From a virus: a DNA stretch of 50,636 nucleotides. Positions 43,050 to 50,636 of this stretch are shown piece after piece. How positions within the stretch are numbered: the stretch's first letter is position 1; each line of letters opens with the position of its first letter. The notes below the pieces were generated by a model. That model was not told the origin of the DNA, searched no databases, and saw only the letters and a program-made list of their open reading frames with translations. The stretch covers positions 1-50,636 of IMG/VR virus record IMGVR_UViG_3300047178_000166. The stretch is one strand, 5' to 3'. The translations under genes were made by a program, and so were the position numbers.

Positions 43050-43508
43050 GTGGGCGACATAACCGTTCAATGGGTCCCGCAGGCGGCGGGCGGCGATTGG
43101 GTCTTCCTGGACGGCCAAATCGAGATCGGGTCCGACCTCCAGAGCGCGGTCGTCGTTTCCTTGTTTACAGACGCCCTGGCGACCCCCGACTTCACCCCGA
43201 ACGACGGGTCGGCCGACCGCCGGGGATGGTGGGGGGATTCATACGGCGACCCGGGTGACGGGCACATCGGCTCGAACCTGTGGCAGCTGGCACGCAGCAA
43301 GAAGACCCAGGCCGTGCTCGGAAAAGCCAAATCCTACTGCGAGCAGGCCCTGGCGTGGCTGATCGCGGACGGGGTGGCGGCGTCCGTCGCGGTAGTCACG
43401 GAATGGCAGAATGGTATCCGTCTCGCAATTCGCGTGACGATCGCCGAGCCGAACGGCACCGTCTCGACCTTCGGCTTCGGCTGGGTCTGGGCGCAGCAGG
43501 GAGCCTGA
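43050..43508 (+). CDS. Mu gp46-family baseplate protein
   Basis: LQSAVVVSLFTDALA...RRGWWGD...GSNLWQL motifs are present. Confidence 0.75.
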   Translation: MGDITVQWVPQAAGGDWVFLDGQIEIGSDLQSAVVVSLFTDALATPDFTPNDGSADRRGWWGDSYGDPGDGHIGSNLWQLARSKKTQAVLGKAKSYCEQALAWLIADGVAASVAVVTEWQNGIRLAIRVTIAEPNGTVSTFGFGWVWAQQGA

Positions 43509-43512
43509 ACCG

Positions 43513-44637
43513 ATGCCATTCGCCCGACCTACGCTGACCCAGCTGCGCTCCCAGGTGCTCTCCGACATTGCCACAAGCGACCTGCCGAACGCGGATTCCC
43601 TGCTCCGGCGCGCCGTGCTGCGGGTGCTCGGCACCGTGTTCGCCGGGCTGATCTACATGCTCTACGGCTACCTAGACTGGATCGCCCTCCAATGCACCCC
43701 CTACACGGCGACGGACGAGTACGCCGACGCCTGGGGCGGGCTCGTCGGCGTGACAAGGAAAGCCGCGACCGCCGCGACGGGCACCGCGACGTTCACCGGG
43801 ACGGCGGGCACGACGATCCCGTCCGGGACCGCCCTCCAGAGGAACGACGGCACCGCCTTCACGACCACGGCTGCGGGCACCGTGGCGGCGGGGGCGACGA
43901 CGGTCACGGTGCCGATCCTTTGCTCGGTGCCGGGAAGCGCGGGCGACACGGACGCCGGGACGCAGGTCGCCCTGGCCGCCGCCGTCCCCGGCATCGTCTC
44001 CATCGGCAGCATGCAGGCGGCGTCGGGCTTCGACGTCGAGGACAACGGCAGCTACCGCGACCGCTACCTCGCGCAGTATCGCGCCCCTCCGCACGGCGGC
44101 GACGCGGCCGACTACGTGCAATGGGCGACCGCGCAGCCGGGGATCACCCGCGCCTGGACCGTGCCTTGCGGCCTGGGGCCGGGGACCGTTCAGGTGTTCT
44201 TCATGGAGGACGGGAACGCGTTCGCGGGCTTCCCGCAGGGCACGAACGGCGTGGCCACGGCCGAGCTGCGCGACGACCCCGCGACCGGGGACCAGCTGGC
44301 ACTTGCCAACGCCCTGTTCCCCCTCCAGCCCGTTCCCGCCCTGGTCTATGCGTGCGCGCCCCTGCCCGCGCCCCTGGCGTTCACGATCAACGACGCGACG
44401 CTGCCGACCGGGGGCGCGGCCCTTGTCACCGCAGCCCTGGCCGACGTGTTCCTACGCAAGGCGACCCCGCTCGGCACTTACATCCTGCCCTCCGAGTTCG
44501 AGTCGGCGATCGCGAGCGTTCCGGGCGTCGGGGACTTCACTTTGGCCAGCCCGACGCTGCCCGTGAACGCCCCGCCGGGCAGCATCCTGACCGTGGGGAC
44601 CATCACTTACGGCGCGACGACGCTGCCGGGGGTCTGA
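43513..44637 (+). CDS. Baseplate J-like protein (Mu gp47-like)
   Basis: 374 aa, with the expected order in the baseplate block. Confidence 0.8.
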   Translation: MPFARPTLTQLRSQVLSDIATSDLPNADSLLRRAVLRVLGTVFAGLIYMLYGYLDWIALQCTPYTATDEYADAWGGLVGVTRKAATAATGTATFTGTAGTTIPSGTALQRNDGTAFTTTAAGTVAAGATTVTVPILCSVPGSAGDTDAGTQVALAAAVPGIVSIGSMQAASGFDVEDNGSYRDRYLAQYRAPPHGGDAADYVQWATAQPGITRAWTVPCGLGPGTVQVFFMEDGNAFAGFPQGTNGVATAELRDDPATGDQLALANALFPLQPVPALVYACAPLPAPLAFTINDATLPTGGAALVTAALADVFLRKATPLGTYILPSEFESAIASVPGVGDFTLASPTLPVNAPPGSILTVGTITYGATTLPGV

Positions 44638-44638
44638 G

Positions 44639-45235
44639 ATGGCGACACCGACCCCGAACACCTCCGCGAGCTACCTGACGCAGCTGCTCTCCCTGCTCCC
44701 CCGGGGGCGGGTATGGCCGCGCGACGCAAGCTCTACGCTCGTGCAGACGCTCTCCGGGCTGACGCCTTCCGTGGCCAGGATGGACGGCGCAGCCTGCGGG
44801 CTCGTGGGCGACGCGTTCCCCGCGACCACGGTGGCCCTGCTTCCCGAGTGGGAGCAGACCCTGGGTCTGCCCGACCCCTGCGTCGGCCCCTACCCTTCCC
44901 TCGCGAAGGCGCAGGCGTCGGTGGCCGCGAAGCTGGGCGCGCGGGGCGGTGCCAGCGCGGGTTACTTCATCGGGCTCGCGGCCGCGCTCGGCTACACGAT
45001 CACCATCCAGACGTTCGCCCCGGCCCGCTTCGGGCGCGCCACGATGGGGAGCCCGATGCGGGGGACGGCCTGGGCTTACGCGTGGCAGGTCACGGCACCT
45101 TACGACACGATCCGGCCCGCAGCCTTCGGGTCCGCCCCGATGGGCTCCCCGTTCCGCGCGTGGAACAGCCCCGTGCTCGAGTGCCAGATCATGGAGGTCG
45201 CGCCCGCGCACGCGACCGTAATCTTCAACTACTAG
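44639..45235 (+). CDS. Mu gp48 / YmfQ (DUF2313)-like tail protein
   Basis: YLTQLLSLLPRGRVWP and LLPEWEQTLGLPDPC motifs are present. Confidence 0.75.
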   Translation: MATPTPNTSASYLTQLLSLLPRGRVWPRDASSTLVQTLSGLTPSVARMDGAACGLVGDAFPATTVALLPEWEQTLGLPDPCVGPYPSLAKAQASVAAKLGARGGASAGYFIGLAAALGYTITIQTFAPARFGRATMGSPMRGTAWAYAWQVTAPYDTIRPAAFGSAPMGSPFRAWNSPVLECQIMEVAPAHATVIFNY

Positions 45236-45304
45236 GCCGCCTGGTCCGGTAGTCGCGGGCACGTAGCTTCGCGGAAGGATTCCGACCCTTCCGCGAGGAC
45301 CGCA

Positions 45305-46813
45305 ATGCACCGCATTTCCAACGGCACCCAGGTCGGCGCGCTCCCGACCCCCGCAGCCGTCGTAGGCACCCCGGGCTACGCGACCGGGGGCGTCCCCGGC
45401 GTCCTGGCCGCGACGGACATCGATCCCGATCAGTGGAACTCGTTCCAAGAAGAGCTCTGCGCCGTCGTCTCGGCTGCGGGCATCACCCTGTCCAAGACCT
45501 CCAACAGTCAGGTGCTCCAGGCCCTGACCTCCCTGTTCGCCGCGAAGCTGGTGCAGCGCAAGGCGACGTGGCTCGACCCCGTGGCCGACTTCGGCTGCGC
45601 CTTCGACGGTGTGACCGACGATACGGTCAACTTCCAGGCGTTCCTGAACGGGATGGTGACGCAGAAGCTGCCCGGCCGCATGCCCCCCGGCACCGCGAAG
45701 ATCACCGGCACCCAGCTCGTACTCGACCTGGCCCTGGTCGCCCGCTCCGGCATCATCCTGGAGGGCTGCGGACCCGCCGCCACGACCATCGACGTCACGG
45801 CCTGCACCGGGTCGCCTCAGTTCCAGATCGAATGCACGGCGACGGGCGGCGCGGCCTTCTACTCGGTGTTCCACAACTTCCAGGTGCTCGGCACCAGCTC
45901 GGGCGTGACCTTCCAGCTCGGGCGTGACGCGACCGCGCCCGACGTCTATCCGGACGCGATGAACTCTTTCGACCTACAGAACATCATCGTCAAGAACACG
46001 GGCACGGGCGGCACCGCCGTCAAATACGGCTACGTGATCGACTCCGACCTCGACGTCGTGGCCAATGGGCCGGGCTCCGGCTCCGGCGTGGCGATACAAT
46101 GCGACCAGGTGGTCAGCTGCATCCTGCGCGGCGCGGTCGGCAACGCGGCGATAGGCTACTGGTTTGTCAACGGCTACAGCTACTCGAACTCCATCATCGC
46201 GGTCGACCACGAGGTGCTCGGATGCATCGCGAAGAGCGATAGCACGATGGCGCATTCGAACACGTGGATCGGAGGTCAGATGAACTGGACCGGGGCTTCG
46301 GCCTTCGTCCTGAACGCTGCGGGCGGGCCCTTCTACGTCGTGCTCGCGAACTTCGGCAGCGGTCCTCCGACCGTCTCCGGCGCGGCCGCATCCAACATGA
46401 AGATCTTCGACTCCGGCGTCGGTGGCCTGACGATGGGTACGATCGACATTGCCCCGACGGGGGGCGACTCGGCGGTCAACATCCATGCCCTTCCGGGTCA
46501 GTCGGCCTGGACCGTCAGCAAGGCCCTGAACGTCAGCCAATGGCTCGTCGGCATGGACACGGGCGGCGGCTGGGGCGTGCACCGCTACGTGGCCGGGGTC
46601 GCGGCCGACATCCCCCTGTTCATCGACAACCCGACCGGGACCGTGGGCGTCACGACGCTGAACGTCTCGACCAAGGCGGGCTTCTTCGGCCAGGCCCCGG
46701 TCGCGCAGCAGACCGTGACGGGCTCAAGGGGGTCGGCGACCACGGCCGTGCTCGCGAGCCTTCTGACCGCGCTGGCGGCTACGGGCCTGATCCACGACGG
46801 CACGACCGCGTAA
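45305..46813 (+). CDS. Tail fibre/tailspike with pectate-lyase-like beta-helix
   Basis: The conserved fibre N-terminus is present (TDIDPDQWNSFQEELCAVVSAAGITL). DFGCAFDGVTDDTVNFQAFLN is a pectate_lyase_3-type motif. Confidence 0.75.
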   Translation: MHRISNGTQVGALPTPAAVVGTPGYATGGVPGVLAATDIDPDQWNSFQEELCAVVSAAGITLSKTSNSQVLQALTSLFAAKLVQRKATWLDPVADFGCAFDGVTDDTVNFQAFLNGMVTQKLPGRMPPGTAKITGTQLVLDLALVARSGIILEGCGPAATTIDVTACTGSPQFQIECTATGGAAFYSVFHNFQVLGTSSGVTFQLGRDATAPDVYPDAMNSFDLQNIIVKNTGTGGTAVKYGYVIDSDLDVVANGPGSGSGVAIQCDQVVSCILRGAVGNAAIGYWFVNGYSYSNSIIAVDHEVLGCIAKSDSTMAHSNTWIGGQMNWTGASAFVLNAAGGPFYVVLANFGSGPPTVSGAAASNMKIFDSGVGGLTMGTIDIAPTGGDSAVNIHALPGQSAWTVSKALNVSQWLVGMDTGGGWGVHRYVAGVAADIPLFIDNPTGTVGVTTLNVSTKAGFFGQAPVAQQTVTGSRGSATTAVLASLLTALAATGLIHDGTTA

Positions 46814-46839
46814 CCGAACACGATGGCGTGCAAAACGCG

Positions 46840-46867
46840 GGACCAACGTGCCCCGCGACGTTGGTCC
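46840..46867 (+). terminator. Hairpin after the tail fibre gene
   Basis: GGACCAACGT-GCCCCGCG-ACGTTGGTCC, a 10-bp stem. Confidence 0.45.
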
Positions 46868-46957
46868 GGGACTCCCGGGCACCTATCGTAAAAGTGAGAG
46901 CAAATGCTTGTAATCGTTCGGGAATTACGCTTCCCGGAACGAAGGTGGGGGCGCGGA

Positions 46958-47320
46958 ATGGCTGACACGGGAAGCAACGGGCCGAACCCCTGGATCGCGA
47001 TCGTCTTGGCCCCGCTTCTGACGCTGGCCACGGGCAGCGTCGGCTTCCTAATGGCAAGCGCGAAGACGGACGCGCTGGTAGCGTCGCACACGTCGTCCAT
47101 CGCGGCCGACGAGGCCCGGCTAGAACGCCTCGAGTCGAGAGTCGGAGGGCACGACGCGATCCTGGCGCAAATTGCCGCCCGCCTGGACGCCGTGTCCGCG
47201 ACGCTTGCCGAGAACGACAAGCACGGAGACGAACGGCACGCGATGCTGCTCGACAACCTCAGGCGCATGCAGGACCAGCTGCTCGCACAGATGATGCACG
47301 AGCACGGCCACAAGGACTGA
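46958..47320 (+). CDS. Membrane-anchored coiled-coil protein (120 aa)
   Basis: An N-terminal TM segment PWIAIVLAPLLTLATGSVGFLMA is followed by helical heptad-like sequence. Confidence 0.45.
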   Translation: MADTGSNGPNPWIAIVLAPLLTLATGSVGFLMASAKTDALVASHTSSIAADEARLERLESRVGGHDAILAQIAARLDAVSATLAENDKHGDERHAMLLDNLRRMQDQLLAQMMHEHGHKD

Positions 47321-47342
47321 CCCCACCAGGAGAGCCCCGAGC

Positions 47343-48575
47343 ATGCCAGCCAGCGCACCACGTGGCCGCACCAGCGACAAGGATTTCCGCCAGGCCTGGA
47401 GACGACACAAGGGATCGCCCGCTGCCGTGGCCCGCGTCCTGGGGCTGGACCTGAGGACCGTCTATCGGCGCAGGGACAAGCTGGAGCGGGACGGGGAGCA
47501 CCTGCCGACCCGTGCGTCCCACCGCCAGAAGCCCGGGTCCGTCACGACACCGGAACCGGCCCCGGAGCCCAGGGCCGCCGCGATGGACCCCGCGACCCTG
47601 GCGTCCGTGATCGCCGCCGCCGTCGCCGCCGCGATGCGCCCGCCAGCCCCGGAACGCGCGCCCTCGACGCTCCCCGCCGCCGCGCGCTGGCAGACCCCAT
47701 CCCCGGGACTGCCCGTGTCCGACATGCAGGGCGTTCACGGACGCTACGCGCCGCACGTGGTCGAGCCTTCCTCCGACGAGGTGGCGACCGACCTGGTATT
47801 CGGCGACTCGCACATCGACCCCCGCGTGATGGAGGCAAACCGCCGGGTGCTGGTGCTCGGCGCGCTCCACGCGGGAGCGATCAAGGCGAGGTCGGTGGTA
47901 CACGTCGGGGATTTCGGGGAATGGGCGTCGTGTTGCCATTGGGTCGACAAGGCGACCTGGAAGGCTCGCGGCAAGCCGTCGATCGCCGAGGACATGGACG
48001 CCGTGCGGGACGTGTGGGCGTCGTTCACGCGCGCCCTGGACGCGGCCGGGGCGACCAAGGAAAGGCACGTCCTGTTCGGCAACCACGAGGCCTGGATCGA
48101 GCAACACGAGAACCGCACGCCGGAGGAATACGGCAGGCACACGGGCGAGCTCGACCGGATGCTGAAGGGCAACAAGTGGACCCCGCACGCCTACGGACAT
48201 TATGTATTCGTCGGCGGAATAGGATACGTGCACGTGCCAATGTCAATAATGGACAGGCCCGTAGGCGGACAGACCGCAGAGAATACCGTGGCGATGCAGT
48301 CCGTGTTCGACGTAGTGTTCGGGCACACGCACTTCTTCAACAGCGGCCGCCGGAGGAAGCTCGGGCCGGGCCAGGTGGTGACCGCCCTGAACGCGGGGAG
48401 CACGATGCCGCTGGGCTACGTGGGCGACCACGCGCAGCGGACGCAGGGCTCCCACGTCGACTCCGGGGTGCTCGAGGTGACCCGGCGGCGCGGCAGGATA
48501 ATCGGGCACGCGTTCCGTCCGACCGCGTGGCTGGAGCACGCATACGGGGAGCGCGCCGACCTGTTCCTGTCCTGA
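47343..48575 (+). CDS. HTH domain fused to calcineurin-like metallophosphoesterase
   Basis: The N-terminal HTH is SPAAVARVLGLDLRTVYRRRDKL. Phosphoesterase motifs are GDSHID, VGDFGEW, GNHEAW and GHTHF. Confidence 0.7.
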   Translation: MPASAPRGRTSDKDFRQAWRRHKGSPAAVARVLGLDLRTVYRRRDKLERDGEHLPTRASHRQKPGSVTTPEPAPEPRAAAMDPATLASVIAAAVAAAMRPPAPERAPSTLPAAARWQTPSPGLPVSDMQGVHGRYAPHVVEPSSDEVATDLVFGDSHIDPRVMEANRRVLVLGALHAGAIKARSVVHVGDFGEWASCCHWVDKATWKARGKPSIAEDMDAVRDVWASFTRALDAAGATKERHVLFGNHEAWIEQHENRTPEEYGRHTGELDRMLKGNKWTPHAYGHYVFVGGIGYVHVPMSIMDRPVGGQTAENTVAMQSVFDVVFGHTHFFNSGRRRKLGPGQVVTALNAGSTMPLGYVGDHAQRTQGSHVDSGVLEVTRRRGRIIGHAFRPTAWLEHAYGERADLFLS

Positions 48576-48628
48576 TCGCGGAGGTCGCGGGCGGGTAGCG
48601 TCGGGTGGCCTTCCGCGAAGGAAAACCC

Positions 48629-49168
48629 ATGCCCGACCGTTTCACAGAGTGCCTCGCGTTCACCTGGGACCCGCATTGGGACGGCCAGCCCCTGCACAAG
48701 TCGAGCAACGACCCCGGCGGCTGGACCGCGTGGGGCGTCACGCTGTCGACGTTCTCGAGCTGGCAGGAAGACCACGGCAACCCGCCCGCGACCGTCGAGG
48801 ACCTGAGGGCCGCGACCAAGGATGACCTGGCTCCCATCGTGCGTTCGCGGTACTGGGATGCGGTGCACGCCGACCAGCTGCCGCCGGGACCCGACCTGCT
48901 CGTCTATGACTTCGGCTACGGCTCGGGCTCGGGCACCTCGGCGAAGCTGCTCCAGGAGGTGCTCGGCGTCGCCGTCGACGGCCGGATCGGACCGGCGACC
49001 CTGGCCGCAGCAGCTGCGGCGGACGCGGCCGACCACGCGGGCTTCGTGCAGAGGCTCGGTGACCGGCACGAGTCCTTCTACCGCAGCCTGCGCCTGTTCG
49101 CGACATTCGGTCACGGCTGGCTGAACCGCAACTCGGCCCGCGTCACGCTCGCGCTGGCCGCTTCCTAG
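48629..49168 (+). CDS. Endolysin, GH108 muramidase with PG_binding_3-like C-terminus
   Basis: ATG at 48629 after GAAGGA. NDPGGWTAWGVT and AVDGRIGPATL motifs are present. Confidence 0.8.
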   Translation: MPDRFTECLAFTWDPHWDGQPLHKSSNDPGGWTAWGVTLSTFSSWQEDHGNPPATVEDLRAATKDDLAPIVRSRYWDAVHADQLPPGPDLLVYDFGYGSGSGTSAKLLQEVLGVAVDGRIGPATLAAAAAADAADHAGFVQRLGDRHESFYRSLRLFATFGHGWLNRNSARVTLALAAS

Positions 49169-49179
49169 GAGGGACGGGC

Positions 49180-49473
49180 GTGCGCGAGGACAGGCAGATA
49201 GGGCCGATCATCGTGTCGGCCGTAGTGGTGACGGGCTTCGCCGTGACCGTGGCCCTCGTCCTTACGCATACCCTGCCGCAGGGAAACGAAGCGGTGGCGC
49301 ACGAGCTCTGCGGCGCGCTGGGCTCCCTGGCCGGGCTCTGCGTGAGCTATTGGGTCGGCAGCAGCGCGGCTGCGGTGCGGTCGAACCGGGACCTGCGGGC
49401 GGCGACCGACGCGCTCGCGACCTCTACGCCGTGCGTGCCCCCGACCCCGACCGGAGACAAGACAAATGGGTAG
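49180..49473 (+). CDS. Holin candidate (two TM segments)
   Basis: GTG after GGAGGG. The TM segments are IGPIIVSAVVVTGFAVTVALVL and LCGALGSLAGLCVSYWVG. It is adjacent to the endolysin gene. Confidence 0.55.
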   Translation: MREDRQIGPIIVSAVVVTGFAVTVALVLTHTLPQGNEAVAHELCGALGSLAGLCVSYWVGSSAAAVRSNRDLRAATDALATSTPCVPPTPTGDKTNG

Positions 49474-49930
49474 CATCCTGAAGATCGCGCTCGGCTTCGT
49501 CCCCGGCATCGGCCCCCTGCTGAGCGGCGGGCTGGGTATGGTGACGTCCCTGTTCACCGGGAAATCGACGGCGTCGGGCGGCTCGCCGTGGAAGTGGATC
49601 GCAATCCTGGCCGGGGTCGCGGTGACGGGCGTCGGCACATGGAAGACGGTGGGCTTCGTGCGGACATACGAAGCGAACGAGGTCGCCCTGGCCGCCGTGA
49701 CCGGGCAGCGCGACCAGGCGATCGCCGCGGCCTCTGCCAACGCGAAGTCCCTGGCCGACGCGGAGGCGCAGCACGCGGCCGTGCTCGCGTCCGCCAACGC
49801 CGCAGCCGACGCCGCGAAATCACGCGCCCTGAGCCTGGCGCAGACCCTGGAGAAACTGCATGCCGCGCCCCGTTCCGTTTGCGTCCCCTCCGCTGCTGCT
49901 CGCTCTCTTCTTGACGGGCTGCGGCGGTAA
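49466..49930 (+). CDS. i-spanin candidate
   Basis: An N-terminal membrane segment is followed by an Ala-rich coiled coil. It overlaps the o-spanin gene. Confidence 0.55.
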   Translation: MGSILKIALGFVPGIGPLLSGGLGMVTSLFTGKSTASGGSPWKWIAILAGVAVTGVGTWKTVGFVRTYEANEVALAAVTGQRDQAIAAASANAKSLADAEAQHAAVLASANAAADAAKSRALSLAQTLEKLHAAPRSVCVPSAAARSLLDGLRR

Positions 49931-50162
49931 ACCCGTCCCCGTCCTGAGCGTGGTCGCGGCACCCGCGCCCCCGGCCGTGACCGCGCAGGAAGCCGAGATG
50001 TTCCGCTGCCCCGCCCCGCCCCTGCTCGGTGCGGACGAGACGGCCTACGAGGACCTCGAGTCGCTCGCGCTGCGGCTGCGGGCGGCGTTCGACGACTGCC
50101 GGGACGACAACGCGCGCCTGATCGACCTCGTCACCAAGCCAAGGGCGACCGCCCCGAAATAG
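49860..50162 (+). CDS. o-spanin lipoprotein candidate
   Basis: Signal peptide with lipobox LFLTGC. The start is embedded in the 3' end of the i-spanin gene. GGAGAA lies upstream. Confidence 0.65.
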   Translation: MPRPVPFASPPLLLALFLTGCGGKPVPVLSVVAAPAPPAVTAQEAEMFRCPAPPLLGADETAYEDLESLALRLRAAFDDCRDDNARLIDLVTKPRATAPK

Positions 50163-50227
50163 CATCGCTTGCCTGGACCGTGGGTATCCTCGACACACGA
50201 ACAGATTTCGTGTGTGGGAGATACCCG

Positions 50228-50636
50228 GTGTCGCAGAGGCAGGAAATCCTGGGCTTGCTGGAGGACGGGAGGGTCGTGACCCGCCTGGAGCTCCAGCGTC
50301 TCGGCTTCAGCCGCGGTACGGTCGGTCGCATGCTCGACGACGGCACCCTGGAGAGAGTCGGAAGCTCCGGGGTGCGGCTCCCGGGCTGGCACGACGCCGA
50401 CCGCTGGGGCAGCGTCGCCGCAGCCTTCCGGGGTCGCGGCGTGATCTGCCTGATGGGTGCAGCGCGCCTGCACGACCTGACCGACGTGCCGAACGACCTG
50501 GCCGGGGACGGACCCGCCAGGGACGCCCTCGCCGTTCCGCATGCGGAGTTCGTGGGCGACCGGGGCACGGGCATCCGCGTCGTTCGGTGGCGCGACCCTG
50601 CCGCGTTCACAGTCGGCGTCGAGCGCAGGGAGTTCG
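50228..50636 (+). CDS. abiEi: AbiEi-family antitoxin (type IV TA), N-terminal part; continues at base 128 and ends at 372
   Basis: GTG at 50228 has GGGAG 7 nt upstream. VSQRQEILGLLEDGRVVTRLELQRLGFSRGTVGRMLDDGTLERVGSG looks like the winged HTH of AbiEi antitoxins. It is in frame with ORF 43..372 through the overlap. Confidence 0.7.
   Translation, partial: MSQRQEILGLLEDGRVVTRLELQRLGFSRGTVGRMLDDGTLERVGSSGVRLPGWHDADRWGSVAAAFRGRGVICLMGAARLHDLTDVPNDLAGDGPARDALAVPHAEFVGDRGTGIRVVRWRDPAAFTVGVERREF
50510..50636. repeat. Exact 127-bp terminal direct overlap, copy 2
   Basis: Identical to 1-127. Confidence 0.95.

Noticed and set aside
45305-46813. Diversity-generating retroelement or retron acting on the tail fibre or giant protein
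   Set aside because: No reverse transcriptase ORF and no template/variable repeat pair is visible anywhere in the circle.
50510-50636. Terminal repeat as LTR, IS end or biological DTR
   Set aside because: The repeat is direct, exact and exactly 127 bp, and a gene reads straight through it. No transposase is present. Assembly closure is the simplest explanation, although a physical terminal repeat cannot be excluded from sequence alone.

Overview
The window is a closed circular replicon. Bases 1-127 are repeated exactly at 50510-50636, so the unique length is about 50.5 kb. It is visibly GC-rich and reads as a complete temperate tailed-phage genome, possibly a phage-plasmid. The gene order is as follows. 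An AbiEi/AbiEii toxin-antitoxin pair spans the junction, followed by a tyrosine recombinase. Next comes a plasmid-like maintenance block (RHH protein, ParA-type ATPase, winged-helix protein, three arrays of the 8-bp unit GTGGCAAC) and a C5 DNA methyltransferase. An early operon of small HTH proteins follows, with RusA and a large replication protein followed by 21-bp iterons. After a roughly 0.7-kb non-coding stretch come a HAD hydrolase, a DUF551 protein and Nu1-like/GpA-like terminase. The head module is lambda-like (portal, S49 protease, scaffold-like protein, decoration protein, E-type capsid). The contractile tail and baseplate are Mu-like, with a GGGAAAG -1 frameshift in the chaperone gene. 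A beta-helix tail fibre, an HTH-metallophosphoesterase and a lysis cassette (GH108 endolysin, holin, i/o-spanins) close the circle. The most unusual feature is a 2350-aa ORF sitting exactly where the roughly 70-aa head-tail joining protein gpW normally lies. It has a beta-helix N-terminus, about 12 Ig-like repeats and a C-terminal gpW-like domain, which suggests connector-anchored neck fibres. A second notable feature is a roughly 4.8-kb accessory island splitting portal from protease. It holds an orphan methyltransferase, a duplicated leader cassette, a repeat-dense non-coding region and a HicA-like/multi-HTH protein. Twin promoter-operator palindromes and an ORF without a canonical start are also reported. 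All family assignments come from reading motifs by eye; no searches were run.
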